Origin: a plasmid
Length of the DNA stretch: 64,000 nt
Sequence record: NZ_CP035507.1
Direction: 5' to 3' (one strand)
The notes under the pieces were generated by a model that was not told the DNA's origin, made no database searches, and saw only the letters and a program-made list of their open reading frames with translations. The translations under genes were made by a program, and so were the position numbers. This document shows positions 47,265-57,372 of this stretch, in pieces. Each line of letters begins with the position of its first letter. Positions within the stretch are counted from its first letter, which is position 1.

Positions 47265-47357
47265 TACAAGGCCGCGATCGATACCGAGCGTGAAGCTGTG
47301 CTCGATCAACTGGCCGCCGACGCTCAAGAGCAGGACATGGGCTACCGCTCGAAATGA
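47265..47357 (+). pseudogene. 3' remnant (30 codons) of a putative antitoxin gene truncated by IS copy 1
   Basis: Open frame ...YKAAIDTEREAVLDQLAADAQEQDMGYRSK* ends in an ATGA overlap with the PIN gene start. Confidence 0.4.
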
Positions 47358-48319
47358 GCCAGTACACGGTCCTGTTCGATGCGAACGTCCTTTATCCCGC
47401 GCCGATGCGCGATGCACTGATGCAGTTGGCGGTCACAGACCTTTTCAAGGCCAAGTGGACGGCTGACATTCATCGGGAATGGATTGATGCGCTTCTGCGC
47501 AATGAACCTCATCGGGACCGCGCCGCGCTGGAGCGAACCCGCGATTTGATGGACAGGGCCACACGCGACTGTCTGATCACCGGCTACGAGGCATTGGTGC
47601 CGGCCCTGACACTGCCGGACCCTGACGACCGGCACGTTCTGGCGGCGGCAATCGTTGGGCGCTGTGACGCGATCGTCACGCAGAACCTGAAGGATTTCCC
47701 ACCAGAGACACTTGCGCCCTTCGGCATCGAGACCCAGCACCCCGACGACTTTTTCCGGAACCAACTGTCTCTCGCACCCGGTCTAGTCTGTTCTGCGCTG
47801 CGGAAAGTTCGCGCGCGCCTCAAGAATCCTCCCAAAAGCGTAGACGAGTATCTCGCGATCCTGACGCAGCAAGGGCTGGTCAGCGCGCTGGCCTTGGGGA
47901 TCGTGGTGTCCTTCGCGGTGGGCGCGGCGATCGCGGCGGCCTTCGGCTATACCGATGCGGTCAGCATGGCGACGATCGGCGGGGGTGCGGCGACCTATAT
48001 CGTGGGTCCGGTGACCGGCACCGCCTTGGGCGCCAGTTCCGAGGTCATCGCCCTGTCGGTCGCTGCCGGGCTGCTGAAGGCGGTGCTGGTGATGATCGGC
48101 ACGCCGCTGGTCGCGCCGCTGATCGGGCTGAACAACCCGAAATCGGCCATGGCCTATGGCGGGCTGATGGGCACGACCAGCGGCGTGGCCGGGGGGCTGG
48201 CCGCGACCGACAAGCGGCTGGTGCCCTATGGCGCGATGACGGCGACCTTCTTCACCGGGCTGGGCTGTCTGATGGGGCCGTCGGTCCTCTATCTGGCGCT
48301 GCTGGCCGTGACGGGCTGA
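47354..48319 (+). CDS. PIN-domain (VapC-like) protein fused in frame to a Gly/Ala-rich polytopic membrane segment (probable chimera)
   Basis: The N-terminal ~195 aa look like a PIN domain; the C-terminal ~125 aa are hydrophobic and Gly/Ala-rich. Confidence 0.5.
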   Translation: MSQYTVLFDANVLYPAPMRDALMQLAVTDLFKAKWTADIHREWIDALLRNEPHRDRAALERTRDLMDRATRDCLITGYEALVPALTLPDPDDRHVLAAAIVGRCDAIVTQNLKDFPPETLAPFGIETQHPDDFFRNQLSLAPGLVCSALRKVRARLKNPPKSVDEYLAILTQQGLVSALALGIVVSFAVGAAIAAAFGYTDAVSMATIGGGAATYIVGPVTGTALGASSEVIALSVAAGLLKAVLVMIGTPLVAPLIGLNNPKSAMAYGGLMGTTSGVAGGLAATDKRLVPYGAMTATFFTGLGCLMGPSVLYLALLAVTG

Positions 48320-49421
48320 CCGTCTCGACCGCCAGCACCACGAGGCCCAGCCCCGCGGCCAAGGCCCACAGATGCCACAGGATGGGCGCGATCTCGGGCA
48401 GGGTCGCGCCCATCTGCGTGACCCGCACCAGCCCGTCGATGGCCGCCGTCGACGGGATCAGCTGCGCCAGCGCGTTGAGATGGGCCGGGATCGCCTCGAC
48501 CGGCCAAGCGAAGCCCGACAGGAAGAAGAACGGCATCCCGAGCGCCAGCAGCACGACCTGCACGACCTCGCCCCGCCGGAACAGCGCCGCGACCAGCTGC
48601 GCCAGAAACCCGGCCGCCAGCAGGAAGGGCAGGCCCAGCATCATCAGCGCCCCCGGCCCGCCCAGGATCGGCAGGCCATAGAGCACCGGCAGCACGATCA
48701 GATAGACCGGCAGCAGCCCCGCCCAGATGGCCAGCCACGCCCCCGCCCGGCCCAGCAGCCGCCAGACCGGATGGCCGGGCAGCGGCCCGCGCCGGGTCGC
48801 AGCCAAGGCCAGCCCCATCATCATCGTCTGCTGCAGGATCAGCACGAAGGCCGCGGGCAGCACATAGGTCGCGTAGCCCGCCGCGGGGTTGAACAGCGGC
48901 ACCTCGATCTGGTTCGCGGGGCTGACCTGGGCGGTGGCCACGGCGCGGGGCGTGCCTTGGGCGATCAGGCGCCCGGCCTCGACCTCGGCGCCCATCTGGC
49001 GCAGGGGGACGGCGGCGCCCTGCATCACGCGCTGATACATCAGGAAATAGCTGGCATCGGCATAAAGCGCGACGGGGCTCTGATCGCCGCGCAGCAGGGC
49101 GCGTTCGAACCCGTCGGGGATCAGCATGACGCCATAGGCGCGGCGTTCGTGGACCAGCCGCGTGGCCTCGGCCATGTCGGGGGCGTGGTGGGTCAGGGCG
49201 ACCGCCTCCGACGCGTCCACTCGCCGCGCCAGATCGGCCGATGCGGTCGAGCCGTCCTGATCGACCAGCACCACCGGCACGTCACGCAGCAGTTCGGCCC
49301 GATAGGGCAGCGGATAGATCACCGCATAAAGGATCAGCGCCAGCAGCACGATCATCCGCACCTGTTTGTCGCCCAGCACGGCGGCCAGTTCCGCCCGAAA
49401 GGCGGTGGCAAGCGCGCTCAT
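48252..49421 (-). CDS. ABC-2 type transporter permease
   Basis: 6-TM ABC-2 permease; ATGA overlap with the upstream permease. Confidence 0.7.
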   Translation of the reverse strand: MSALATAFRAELAAVLGDKQVRMIVLLALILYAVIYPLPYRAELLRDVPVVLVDQDGSTASADLARRVDASEAVALTHHAPDMAEATRLVHERRAYGVMLIPDGFERALLRGDQSPVALYADASYFLMYQRVMQGAAVPLRQMGAEVEAGRLIAQGTPRAVATAQVSPANQIEVPLFNPAAGYATYVLPAAFVLILQQTMMMGLALAATRRGPLPGHPVWRLLGRAGAWLAIWAGLLPVYLIVLPVLYGLPILGGPGALMMLGLPFLLAAGFLAQLVAALFRRGEVVQVVLLALGMPFFFLSGFAWPVEAIPAHLNALAQLIPSTAAIDGLVRVTQMGATLPEIAPILWHLWALAAGLGLVVLAVETVSPSRPAAPDRGPTAPSDSPAR

Positions 49422-50569
49422 GGCGCGGCCTCCTGACGGGCCAGGCGCGACAGCTGCGCCAGGATCAGCGCCGCCAGAACGCCCGCGATCACCGCCAGCC
49501 ACAGGACCGACATGGCGGATATGTCCAGGGGCGTCGCGCGCAGCGACTGGTCGATGCGCAGCTGCACATACCAGGTGCCGGGAATGGCCGCGCCCCAGGC
49601 CTGGGCCAGGGTCGACATCGCCTCACGCGGGAAACCCAGGCCCATGAATCCGAAGGCCGGCGCGGTGATCAGCGCGATCATGCTGGCCGCCCGGCCCATG
49701 TCGCGGGTCAGCACAAAGGCCAGCGCCCCGATCATCTGCGACGCCAGCACGAACAGCACCGCGCCCAGGGCCATCAGCCACAGCGACCCGCGCAGCGGCA
49801 CCGCCAGCCAGCCATACAGCGCCACATCCGACAGGCCCAGGATCAGCAGGAAGATCACCGTATAGGGCAGGATCTTGCCCAGCATCGCGGGCAGGATGCC
49901 ACCCGCCATGCGCATCAGCACGCGCGGATGCCGCCCCGGCCCGAAATCCAGCGACACGGCATAGGCGGTCGCGGCGGCGGCGATGATCTGCAGGACCGTG
50001 GGGATCAGCGCGGCCAGCAGGAAATGCACATAATCAAAGGCCGGGTTGAACAGCGCATGGGCCTGCATCGGGATGGGCTGCAGCGCGACCATGGCCTGCA
50101 CGGGCGCCTCTCCCTGACCCTGGCGCACCGACAGGCGCAGGCCCGCCAGCGCCGTGTCGATGGCATTGCGGGCGCCGCGGGCGACCAGCGATCCGGCGCT
50201 CATGTGCTGGTTGTCGTAGAAGGTGACGATCTCGGGGCGCGCGCCCCGGGTGATGTCGCGTTCCAGGTTCTGGGGCATCAGCACCGCGCCGCGCACCGCA
50301 CCGGACACGATCAGCGACCGCGCCTCGGACAGGTCTGATGCGCGATGGGTCACGGTCAGTTCGGGCGCCGCGTCCAGCATCCGCGTGACCGCCCGCGACA
50401 GGTCCGACCGGTCCAGGTCGATCACCGCCACCGCCATGCCCGTGGGAATGCCTGCGCGAAAGATGCCGCCCAGGACCAGCAACATGATCAGCGGCAGCAC
50501 GATCACCAGCCCCGCCAGCGCCGGGCGGCGCGGCAGCAGGCGGATCTCGCGCGCCATGACGGCCAGCAT
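49418..50569 (-). CDS. ABC-2 type transporter permease
   Basis: 383 aa polytopic permease. Confidence 0.7.
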   Translation of the reverse strand: MLAVMAREIRLLPRRPALAGLVIVLPLIMLLVLGGIFRAGIPTGMAVAVIDLDRSDLSRAVTRMLDAAPELTVTHRASDLSEARSLIVSGAVRGAVLMPQNLERDITRGARPEIVTFYDNQHMSAGSLVARGARNAIDTALAGLRLSVRQGQGEAPVQAMVALQPIPMQAHALFNPAFDYVHFLLAALIPTVLQIIAAAATAYAVSLDFGPGRHPRVLMRMAGGILPAMLGKILPYTVIFLLILGLSDVALYGWLAVPLRGSLWLMALGAVLFVLASQMIGALAFVLTRDMGRAASMIALITAPAFGFMGLGFPREAMSTLAQAWGAAIPGTWYVQLRIDQSLRATPLDISAMSVLWLAVIAGVLAALILAQLSRLARQEAAP

Positions 50570-50573
50570 GGCC

Positions 50574-51623
50574 CTAGCGGTCCAGCTGGATCAGCGCGGA
50601 CATGCCGGGGCGCAGACCCTCCAGCGGCGCGACGGGCCGGGCCCGCAGCTCGAAGCTGCGCAGGTCGAAATCGCCCGTCGCGCGGGTGGCGCGCCAGCTG
50701 GCGAACTGGCCCTGCACGTTGATCAGGGTGATCTCGGCCTCGGTCTCCGTGTCCAGCGCGGGGATGCGGATGGTCAGCCGGTCGCCCATCGCCAGCCCCG
50801 CCAGCAGGTCCTCGCGCAGGTTGAAGGTGAACCAGGCCTGATCCAGATCGACGATGGTGAACAGCGGCGCGCCCGGGCCGACATTCTCGCCCAGCTCGAT
50901 CGTGCGGCCCGAGATCTCGCCCGACATGGGCGCGAAGATCCGCAATTCGTCCAGATCGGCCTGGCGTTGGGCCAGCGCGGCCTCGGCCTGGGCGACCTGG
51001 GCCGCGGCGACCTCGCGTTCCTCGGGCGAGGCCCCGGCCCGGGCCAGGTCCAGCTGCGCCTCGGCGGCCTCGACCCGGCCTGCGGCGGCGTCGAGGTTGC
51101 GCGTCGACTGGTCCAGCGCCGCCTGCGGGCGCAGGCCCTGCTGCGACAGGCCCGTGTCGCGGCCCAGCTGCTCCTCGGCCAGGCGCAGATCGGCCTGGGC
51201 CGCGGCCAGCTCGGCCTCGCGGGCGCGGATCACCTCGGGGCGGGTGGCGCCGGCCGCGGCCTCCGAGGCGCGGGCGACCTCCAGCCCTGATGCTGCGGCG
51301 GCATGGGCGGTGACCAGCTGCGGGTTCGACAGTTCGGCCAGCAGCTGGCCGCCCTCGACCCGCTGGCCCAGATCGGCCTCGATCCGCGTGACCCGGCCCG
51401 AGGTGCGGGCCGAGACATCGACCCGCGGGGCCGCGACCTCGCCCTGGATCAGCAGGGGGCCGGGGCGCGTCGCCCACCAGACGGCACCGATGACCAGCCC
51501 GGCCAGAACGGCCAGGACCAGCAGCGGCAGAAGGGATCGGCGGGGCGCTTGGGCAGGTTTCATCGGTTCGGTCCCTGACATTCGACTGAGGGCCAGACTA
51601 CGCCCGGCCCGCGCCGGGGACAA
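50574..51623 (-). CDS. HlyD-family membrane fusion protein
   Basis: N-terminal TM, long coiled coil, beta-barrel C-terminus; start uncertain (Met at 51623, 51581 or 51563). Confidence 0.7.
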   Translation of the reverse strand: MSPARAGRSLALSRMSGTEPMKPAQAPRRSLLPLLVLAVLAGLVIGAVWWATRPGPLLIQGEVAAPRVDVSARTSGRVTRIEADLGQRVEGGQLLAELSNPQLVTAHAAAASGLEVARASEAAAGATRPEVIRAREAELAAAQADLRLAEEQLGRDTGLSQQGLRPQAALDQSTRNLDAAAGRVEAAEAQLDLARAGASPEEREVAAAQVAQAEAALAQRQADLDELRIFAPMSGEISGRTIELGENVGPGAPLFTIVDLDQAWFTFNLREDLLAGLAMGDRLTIRIPALDTETEAEITLINVQGQFASWRATRATGDFDLRSFELRARPVAPLEGLRPGMSALIQLDR

Positions 51624-51641
51624 TGAATAGCCCCGGGTTTT

Positions 51642-52111
51642 CTAGACGCCTTCGTGTTTCATCACCTGCCGCCGTTCGAACTCCGCAGGCGACAGCATCC
51701 CGTTCCTCGCATGCTTGCGCTTGGGATTGTAGAACATTTCGATGTAATCGAACACATCCTGCCTTGCCTCTTCGCGTGTCCGGTAGGTTCTGCGCCTGAT
51801 CCGTTCGCGCTTGAGCAGGTTGAAGAAGCTCTCGGCGACAGCGTTGTCATGGCAATTCCCGCGGCGGCTCATCGAATGCTCAAGATTGTGGCTACGCAGG
51901 AAGGCCGTCCAGTCCATGCTTGTGAACTGGCTGCCCTATCGGAGTGGATCAGCACCTTTCTCTTTGGCTTGCGACGCCAGACCGCCATGAGCAAGGCCTG
52001 CAAGACGAGATCTGTCGTTTGCCTGCTTTGCATTGACCAGCCGATCACACGCCGGGAATAGAGGTCGATGACCACCGCCAGATAGGCGAAGCCCTCTTGC
52101 ATCCGGATGTA
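51642..52111 (-). pseudogene. IS3-family transposase OrfB 3' fragment, cut by IS copy 2
   Basis: [16 protein letters not shown] and GNCHDNAVAESFF...YNPKRKHARNGMLSPAEFE. Confidence 0.7.
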
Positions 52112-52975
52112 GGCTCAGGACCCATTGATCTGCTTGAGGCCGCTCGGCTTGCGTGATTCAAGCTACCGAACTGACGGTGGTGATCATGAGCAACCTTTTC
52201 TGGCTGACCGACGAGCAGATGGAGCGGTTGAAGCCGTTCTTTCCAAAGAGCCATGGCAAGCCGCGGGTCGATGACCGGCGCGTGCTGAGTGGCATAATCT
52301 TCATCAACCGCAATGGGTTAAGATGGTGCGACGTGCCCACTGAGTATGGCCCGCCGAAGACCCTTTACAACCGCTGGAAGCGATGGGGCGATATGGGGGT
52401 CTTCGCCCGGATGATGGAGGGATTGGCCTCAGAAGGCTGCGAGGAGAAGGTCGTCATGATCGACGCGACCTACCTGAAGGCGCACCGCACGGCCTCAAGC
52501 CTGCGGGCGAAAAAGGGGGGCCCGACGATCAACGCGGGCGTCTGATCGGGCGCACAAAGGGCGGGCTGAACACGAAGCTGCATGCTGTGACCGATGCCAG
52601 GGGACGGCCCCTGAAGTTCTTTATGACGGCGGGCCAAGTCAGCGACTACACCGGCGCCGCCGCCCTGCTGGGCAGCCTGCCCGGTGCCGAATGGCTGATT
52701 GCCGACCGGGGCTACGATGCCGACTGGTTCAGGGAAGCGTTGAAAGACAAGGGGATAAAGCCCTGCATCCCAGGCCGGAAGTCGCGCGGCAAGGCCGTCC
52801 GCTACGACAAGCGCCGCTACAAACGGCGTAATCGCATCGAGATCATGTTCGGCAGGCTCAAGGACTGGCGCCGCGTCGCTACCCGCTACGATAGATGTGC
52901 GAAGACCTTCCTCTCCGCCGTCGCACTGGCCGCAACCGTCTTGTTCTGGCTTTGACGATCAATGAGTCTGGACCC
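52112..52975 (+). mobile_element. IS5-family (IS427-group) insertion sequence, copy 2, identical to copy 1, flanked by TA/TA
   Basis: 864 bp identical to 46401-47264, same orientation. Confidence 0.85.
52153..52955 (+). CDS. IS5-family transposase orfA/orfB (copy 2)
   Basis: Translations identical to copy 1. Confidence 0.8.
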
Positions 52976-53852
52976 TAAGCAGATCGTCGTGGACTCCGCC
53001 AAGGAATTTCAGAGCAGTACCTTTACGAAAGGATGCGCCGACTTCGGGATCACCGTCCGAACCCGGAACAAGGGCACAGTTCACCGAGGTGGGGTTGTCG
53101 AGCGCCTCCTTGGAAAAGTGAACACGGTGCTTCGCTCTCTTCCTGGCAAGACCGGACGGTCGATCGCGGATCGCGGCGACTATTCGTCCGATGAGAGGGC
53201 AAGTCTGACCTTCGCGGCCCTCGAGCGTTGCATCGCCCTGGCAATCGTCGATCACAACCAGACCCAGAACGCGCGCAAGCTGACTGTGCCTCGCCTCGAA
53301 TGGGAGCTGCGACTTCCACCGACGGACCGGCCGATCGATGATCCTGACCAAGTCCTGCTCAACTTTCTCCCCCGCACAACACGCCGCATCTCTCCCCAGG
53401 GCGTCAGCCTGTTCGCCATCGACTACTTCGAGCAATGGCTTGGGCCTCTCGTCGCCCGCCGTGACCGGTTGCCACCTCTGGATCTATGCTACGACCCCCG
53501 GGACATCAGCCGGATCTACATCGCCGATCCCGACACGCGGATCTGGCGTCCGGTAAAGCGGCGGGATGGGGTGACCATGCCGGTCACGCTCTGGCAACAT
53601 GAAGCCGACCGAACGCGCCAACGCGAGAGCACGCAACTCCCCGTGCAGGACAAGACCATGTTGCGCCGAGAAATCGCGGCAACGGTCGCGGGGGCCAAAT
53701 CAAAGAAGGCTCACCTGCGGGAGATGACGCGCGCCCGACACGCCGCAGGCGAGAAAAAACCATATCAGGATGCGGAAACTGGCTCAGGGACGGCCAATCC
53801 TGGACCAGAGCCCGACCGACCCCGCCGCGTCTTTCCCGTGGAGACCTGGTGA
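52962..53852 (+). pseudogene. TniA (Mu/Tn402-Tn5053-type DDE transposase) C-terminal fragment; its ATG is supplied by the IS right end
   Basis: 296-aa ORF begins inside the IS terminal repeat; the N-terminal part of tniA is absent. Confidence 0.6.
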
Positions 53853-53853
53853 C

Positions 53854-54735
53854 ATGGTCGAGCATCTCCTTCCGACAACTTCAGCGTTTCTGGAGGCTGA
53901 TGTTGCCGCCCGCATCGCGCATATCAGGGCGCCGCGCTGGATCGGTCATCCCGGCGCCTCTGCCGCGCATGTTGCGATGCAACAGTTGCTCGAACGACCC
54001 TCGTCCCTGCGCCCTCGCGGATTGCTGCTCGCCGGCCCCTATCACAACGGCAAGACCATGATCGCCGAACGCTTCGCCGTCGAACATCTGCGCCGTGTTG
54101 ACCGGCAAAGGGTCTGGGTCATCCAGACCCGGGAGGGGGCTGGCCTGTCGCACTTCTACGCCAGCATCCTGTCCGGGCTGCGCGCCCCGCAAGCTGCCGG
54201 CTGGCGCAGCCTGTCCCGCGCCAGCGAACAGGTCGATCATCTTCTGGACAGCCTGAAGCCGCGCCTGCTCATCTTCGACGAATTCCACAGTGCGCTGCGC
54301 GGACGCCGACAGGATGTGAAGGCAATCTTCTCGTTCCTGCGGCGGATCGCACGCGTGCATGACATCTCGCCCGTGCTTGTCGGCGAAATCGCCGTCTACG
54401 ATGCCCTACACGACACCGAAGAAATGGGCTCGCGGTTCGATACGGTCCCGGTGCCGCGATGGGGTTTTGACGAAGACTTCGCCACGCTTCTCGACAGTCT
54501 CGAGGCCAGCATGCCACTTGCCCAAGCGTCCAACCTCTCACGACCTCCCCTGGCCAAAATGATCCATGATCTGTCGGAAGGGCTGATTGGCGAGGTGGTC
54601 GATATCGTCACCCGGGCGGCGGTGGCAGCTGTTGAGAGCGGTGAGGAAAGGATCACGTCCACCACCGTCATGGCCCTCGGCTATGTGCCGCTGTCTCGGC
54701 GACGGAACTCAGCCTTGCGTCATTCAATGACATGA
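53854..54735 (+). CDS. tniB: TniB AAA+ ATPase
   Basis: LLLAGPYHNGKT Walker A; ATG follows the tniA stop by 1 nt. Confidence 0.75.
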   Translation: MVEHLLPTTSAFLEADVAARIAHIRAPRWIGHPGASAAHVAMQQLLERPSSLRPRGLLLAGPYHNGKTMIAERFAVEHLRRVDRQRVWVIQTREGAGLSHFYASILSGLRAPQAAGWRSLSRASEQVDHLLDSLKPRLLIFDEFHSALRGRRQDVKAIFSFLRRIARVHDISPVLVGEIAVYDALHDTEEMGSRFDTVPVPRWGFDEDFATLLDSLEASMPLAQASNLSRPPLAKMIHDLSEGLIGEVVDIVTRAAVAAVESGEERITSTTVMALGYVPLSRRRNSALRHSMT

Positions 54736-55733
54736 CCAGCACTGCGCCGAGGATCACCGTCTCCCCGGCCCGCCGCTATAGTTTGGCAGCGGGACGTCGC
54801 TGGCCGGTGGAGGTCAGGCCAGCTCCCGGTGAGCTTTTGTCAAGCTGGCTGCATCGGCTTGCGCATGCCAATGGTGTGCCGCCGCGCTATTTCGGAGCGG
54901 TGCTCGGAGTGACCGGCGAGACATGGTCGGCACAACTTGACCGGCATCTGCCCGATGCTGTTCGTCACTTGCTGTTCGACCATACGGCGATCTGCCCCGA
55001 CGAGATCGACGGTCTTTGTCTGGCCAACAGTCCACTCTCGACCCTGCGCTTGCGGCTGCGGACCCGGCCGCAAGATGCAGGGACATCGACGGCGCAGTCC
55101 TGTTGGTTGCAGTTCTGTCCCTCCTGCCTGGGGGAAGACGAGGTGCCCTATTTCCGGCGGAGCTGGACCTTGGCAACCCGCGTGTCCTGCTTTCGCCATG
55201 GCTGCCGCTTGCGCGACCGTTGCCCGTCTTGTGGGCAGAGCCTTGCGCCATTTCGTCAGGCTCGCCTCGTGCCACAACAGTACTGCGCCTTCTGCGACGC
55301 CCCTCTCGCAAAAACGACTGGCCCGGCAAGCACGGGCGCCCGGCGCCTCGAGCGGCTGATCGACGATCTGCTGCGCCTTGATTCCGCTGAGCGCGCGCAG
55401 GACGACCGGAAGTCTCTTGCCGTGCAGCTTATGAAACACCCAGTGCCCGTCGGAACGGCGACATCAACGATCCCGTTCTTGTCGCATCGGGTTCGCTACA
55501 ATTTCTTCCAGCGGTTGTCAGAGCGGCAGATCGAGGTAAGAGACCCCACAGAACGCGGCCCGCTGACCTTCTGGCTCGGGCTGGCCCGCGCCTCCGAAAA
55601 CCACAAGGGGTTGGTCGGGACGCTCAGAGATCGGCTTGGCGAAACTGCCGGGCCGGGGCCGGCCTCCTTCTCCAGAGAGCCTGATCTGGCCGCCTTGCTG
55701 CGGGCAGCAATCCGGCTTCACCAAAGTCGCTGA
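54732..55733 (+). CDS. tniQ: TniQ-family protein
   Basis: N-terminal P-x-E-LLSSWLHRLAHANG motif and Cys-rich Zn-finger region; ATGA overlap with tniB. Confidence 0.7.
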   Translation: MTSTAPRITVSPARRYSLAAGRRWPVEVRPAPGELLSSWLHRLAHANGVPPRYFGAVLGVTGETWSAQLDRHLPDAVRHLLFDHTAICPDEIDGLCLANSPLSTLRLRLRTRPQDAGTSTAQSCWLQFCPSCLGEDEVPYFRRSWTLATRVSCFRHGCRLRDRCPSCGQSLAPFRQARLVPQQYCAFCDAPLAKTTGPASTGARRLERLIDDLLRLDSAERAQDDRKSLAVQLMKHPVPVGTATSTIPFLSHRVRYNFFQRLSERQIEVRDPTERGPLTFWLGLARASENHKGLVGTLRDRLGETAGPGPASFSREPDLAALLRAAIRLHQSR

Positions 55734-55759
55734 TTTCCTGCTGAAGCCTGGCCGGTCGC

Positions 55760-56368
55760 CTAACCTTCCATGGCCCCCGATGGGCCTGCCAGGCCTGCAT
55801 CGTCCAATTGCTCGGGGTCTGGCAGGTCGCGCAAGGACTCCATCCCGAAGGCAGCCAAGAACGCCTCGGTGGTGACGAAGGTATGAGGCGCGCCACGGCG
55901 GGGTTCGCGAGGGCCGGTGCCGATCAGGTCCCGCTCGGCAAGTCGGCCGATCAGGTCACGGCTGATCTCTTTTCCGAAGATGTCCTTCAACCCGTCGCGG
56001 CTGATCGGCTGGTGATACGCAATCGCCGCCAGCACGGCCAGATCGTATTCCGACAGGTTCAGCGCTTGGCCGTCCACATCCGCCGCGGCGCGAATCGCTG
56101 GGGCATAGGCCGCGCGCGTGCGCAGCATCCACGCCTTTCCCACCTGTGCCACCTCATAGGGTCGGCCTTCCAGATCCACTGCCAGATCCTCGATCAACAG
56201 ATCGACTGAGGCCCCCTGCCCCACGACCCGCGCCAGATCCTCGCGCGCCACCGGGGTCGTGCTTGCGAACAGCACCGCCTCGATCCGACGCATCCATTCC
56301 CGCCAGCGCAGCTCAGGGGGAAGAACGGCCAATTCGCGGTCAAGTTCTGTGTCCTCGCGCCGCCCCAT
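55760..56368 (-). CDS. ScpB-like segregation/condensation protein
   Basis: Tandem wHTH ScpB-like architecture. Confidence 0.6.
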   Translation of the reverse strand: MGRREDTELDRELAVLPPELRWREWMRRIEAVLFASTTPVAREDLARVVGQGASVDLLIEDLAVDLEGRPYEVAQVGKAWMLRTRAAYAPAIRAAADVDGQALNLSEYDLAVLAAIAYHQPISRDGLKDIFGKEISRDLIGRLAERDLIGTGPREPRRGAPHTFVTTEAFLAAFGMESLRDLPDPEQLDDAGLAGPSGAMEG

Positions 56369-56370
56369 GC

Positions 56371-57258
56371 TCAGACCCCGTAAAGTCGGAACGTGTCCCG
56401 CCCTGTCAGTTCGCGCACGGCGCCGAGCGCCACCAGTCGGTCGCAGAGCCGTCGCGCGGCCCGATCCGACATGAAGGCCAATGCCCCCGGCACCAGCGCA
56501 TCGCGCGACAGGAACAGATCGACCGCCCGGCCCGCCGCCTTGGCGCGCAGCTTCGGGGCCACTGCCCGAAGGCGGGCCGCCGCACGGGCCAGATCGCCGG
56601 CCAGCGGCAGTGCCTGCCGAACGGCAGAGACAACGGCGCGGTGACAGGCCAGCCGCAGATCATCGCCCCGCAAGCGTATATCGCGGGGCTTGAGCGTCAG
56701 CGCCAGAAGCGGCAGCACATGCGTTGCCCCCAACGCTTTTGCCAACGCGGCATCGGACAGGATCAGGGCGGCGGCCTCGGCTCGCGGACTATCGGTCAGC
56801 ACCGCCTCGACGACCTGCGCCGCGCGGTCCACTGGGGTCGGTCCGGTGGCATCAAGGCAAAGCGCGATCCGCTCTGCCGTTACTCCGTCCAGCGTATTGA
56901 CCAGATGCGCGACCGAAACCGGCCGCGCCGCCGCGCGTGACCACTGCCGTGCGATCCGCCCCGCCGGGCCGGGGTCGTCGCCCGGTCCCGTCAGGTGCAG
57001 GGCATCGCGCAAGGCGCCCTGCCCTTCCCTTCGCCCCGCCATCGCAGCGCAGTTCTCGGCCGCCGTCAGGGCCAGACGATCGCGCCACAGCGCCAGAGGC
57101 ACATCCCCCGACGCCATTGCCTGACCCAGATGCGCCAGCGCGGCCCCGGACCGGAAGGCCGCAGCCTCCGGCGGCTCGGACGGCGCAGAGACGATCCAGC
57201 CTGGCAGCGGGGGCAGCATCGGCAAGGTTTCCAAAGGCTCGGCGCGCGGTTTTCTCAT
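56371..57258 (-). CDS. DUF1403-family protein
   Basis: Ala/Leu-rich 295-aa protein paired with an ScpB-like gene. Confidence 0.45.
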   Translation of the reverse strand: MRKPRAEPLETLPMLPPLPGWIVSAPSEPPEAAAFRSGAALAHLGQAMASGDVPLALWRDRLALTAAENCAAMAGRREGQGALRDALHLTGPGDDPGPAGRIARQWSRAAARPVSVAHLVNTLDGVTAERIALCLDATGPTPVDRAAQVVEAVLTDSPRAEAAALILSDAALAKALGATHVLPLLALTLKPRDIRLRGDDLRLACHRAVVSAVRQALPLAGDLARAAARLRAVAPKLRAKAAGRAVDLFLSRDALVPGALAFMSDRAARRLCDRLVALGAVRELTGRDTFRLYGV

Positions 57259-57372
57259 GCCGGCAGCCTACATTGTGACGGCGCTTTCTACCAGATAAAT
57301 GCACCAATAGCGCCGCAGCTTTGTTGGCTCCACAATGTCCAATAAGATTGCATTATCGGACGTAAAAATGAT

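Noticed and set aside
47251-47466. 71-aa ORF starting at the IS copy 1 right-end ATG
   Set aside because: It is the same IS-derived ATG as for tniA, but here it reads into the antitoxin remnant and PIN region out of frame with both; unlikely to be a real gene.
50503-51630. 324-aa minus and 258-aa plus ORFs overlapping hlyD
   Set aside because: Alternative frames of the GC-rich HlyD coiled-coil region; HlyD itself has a coherent TM plus coiled-coil plus barrel architecture.
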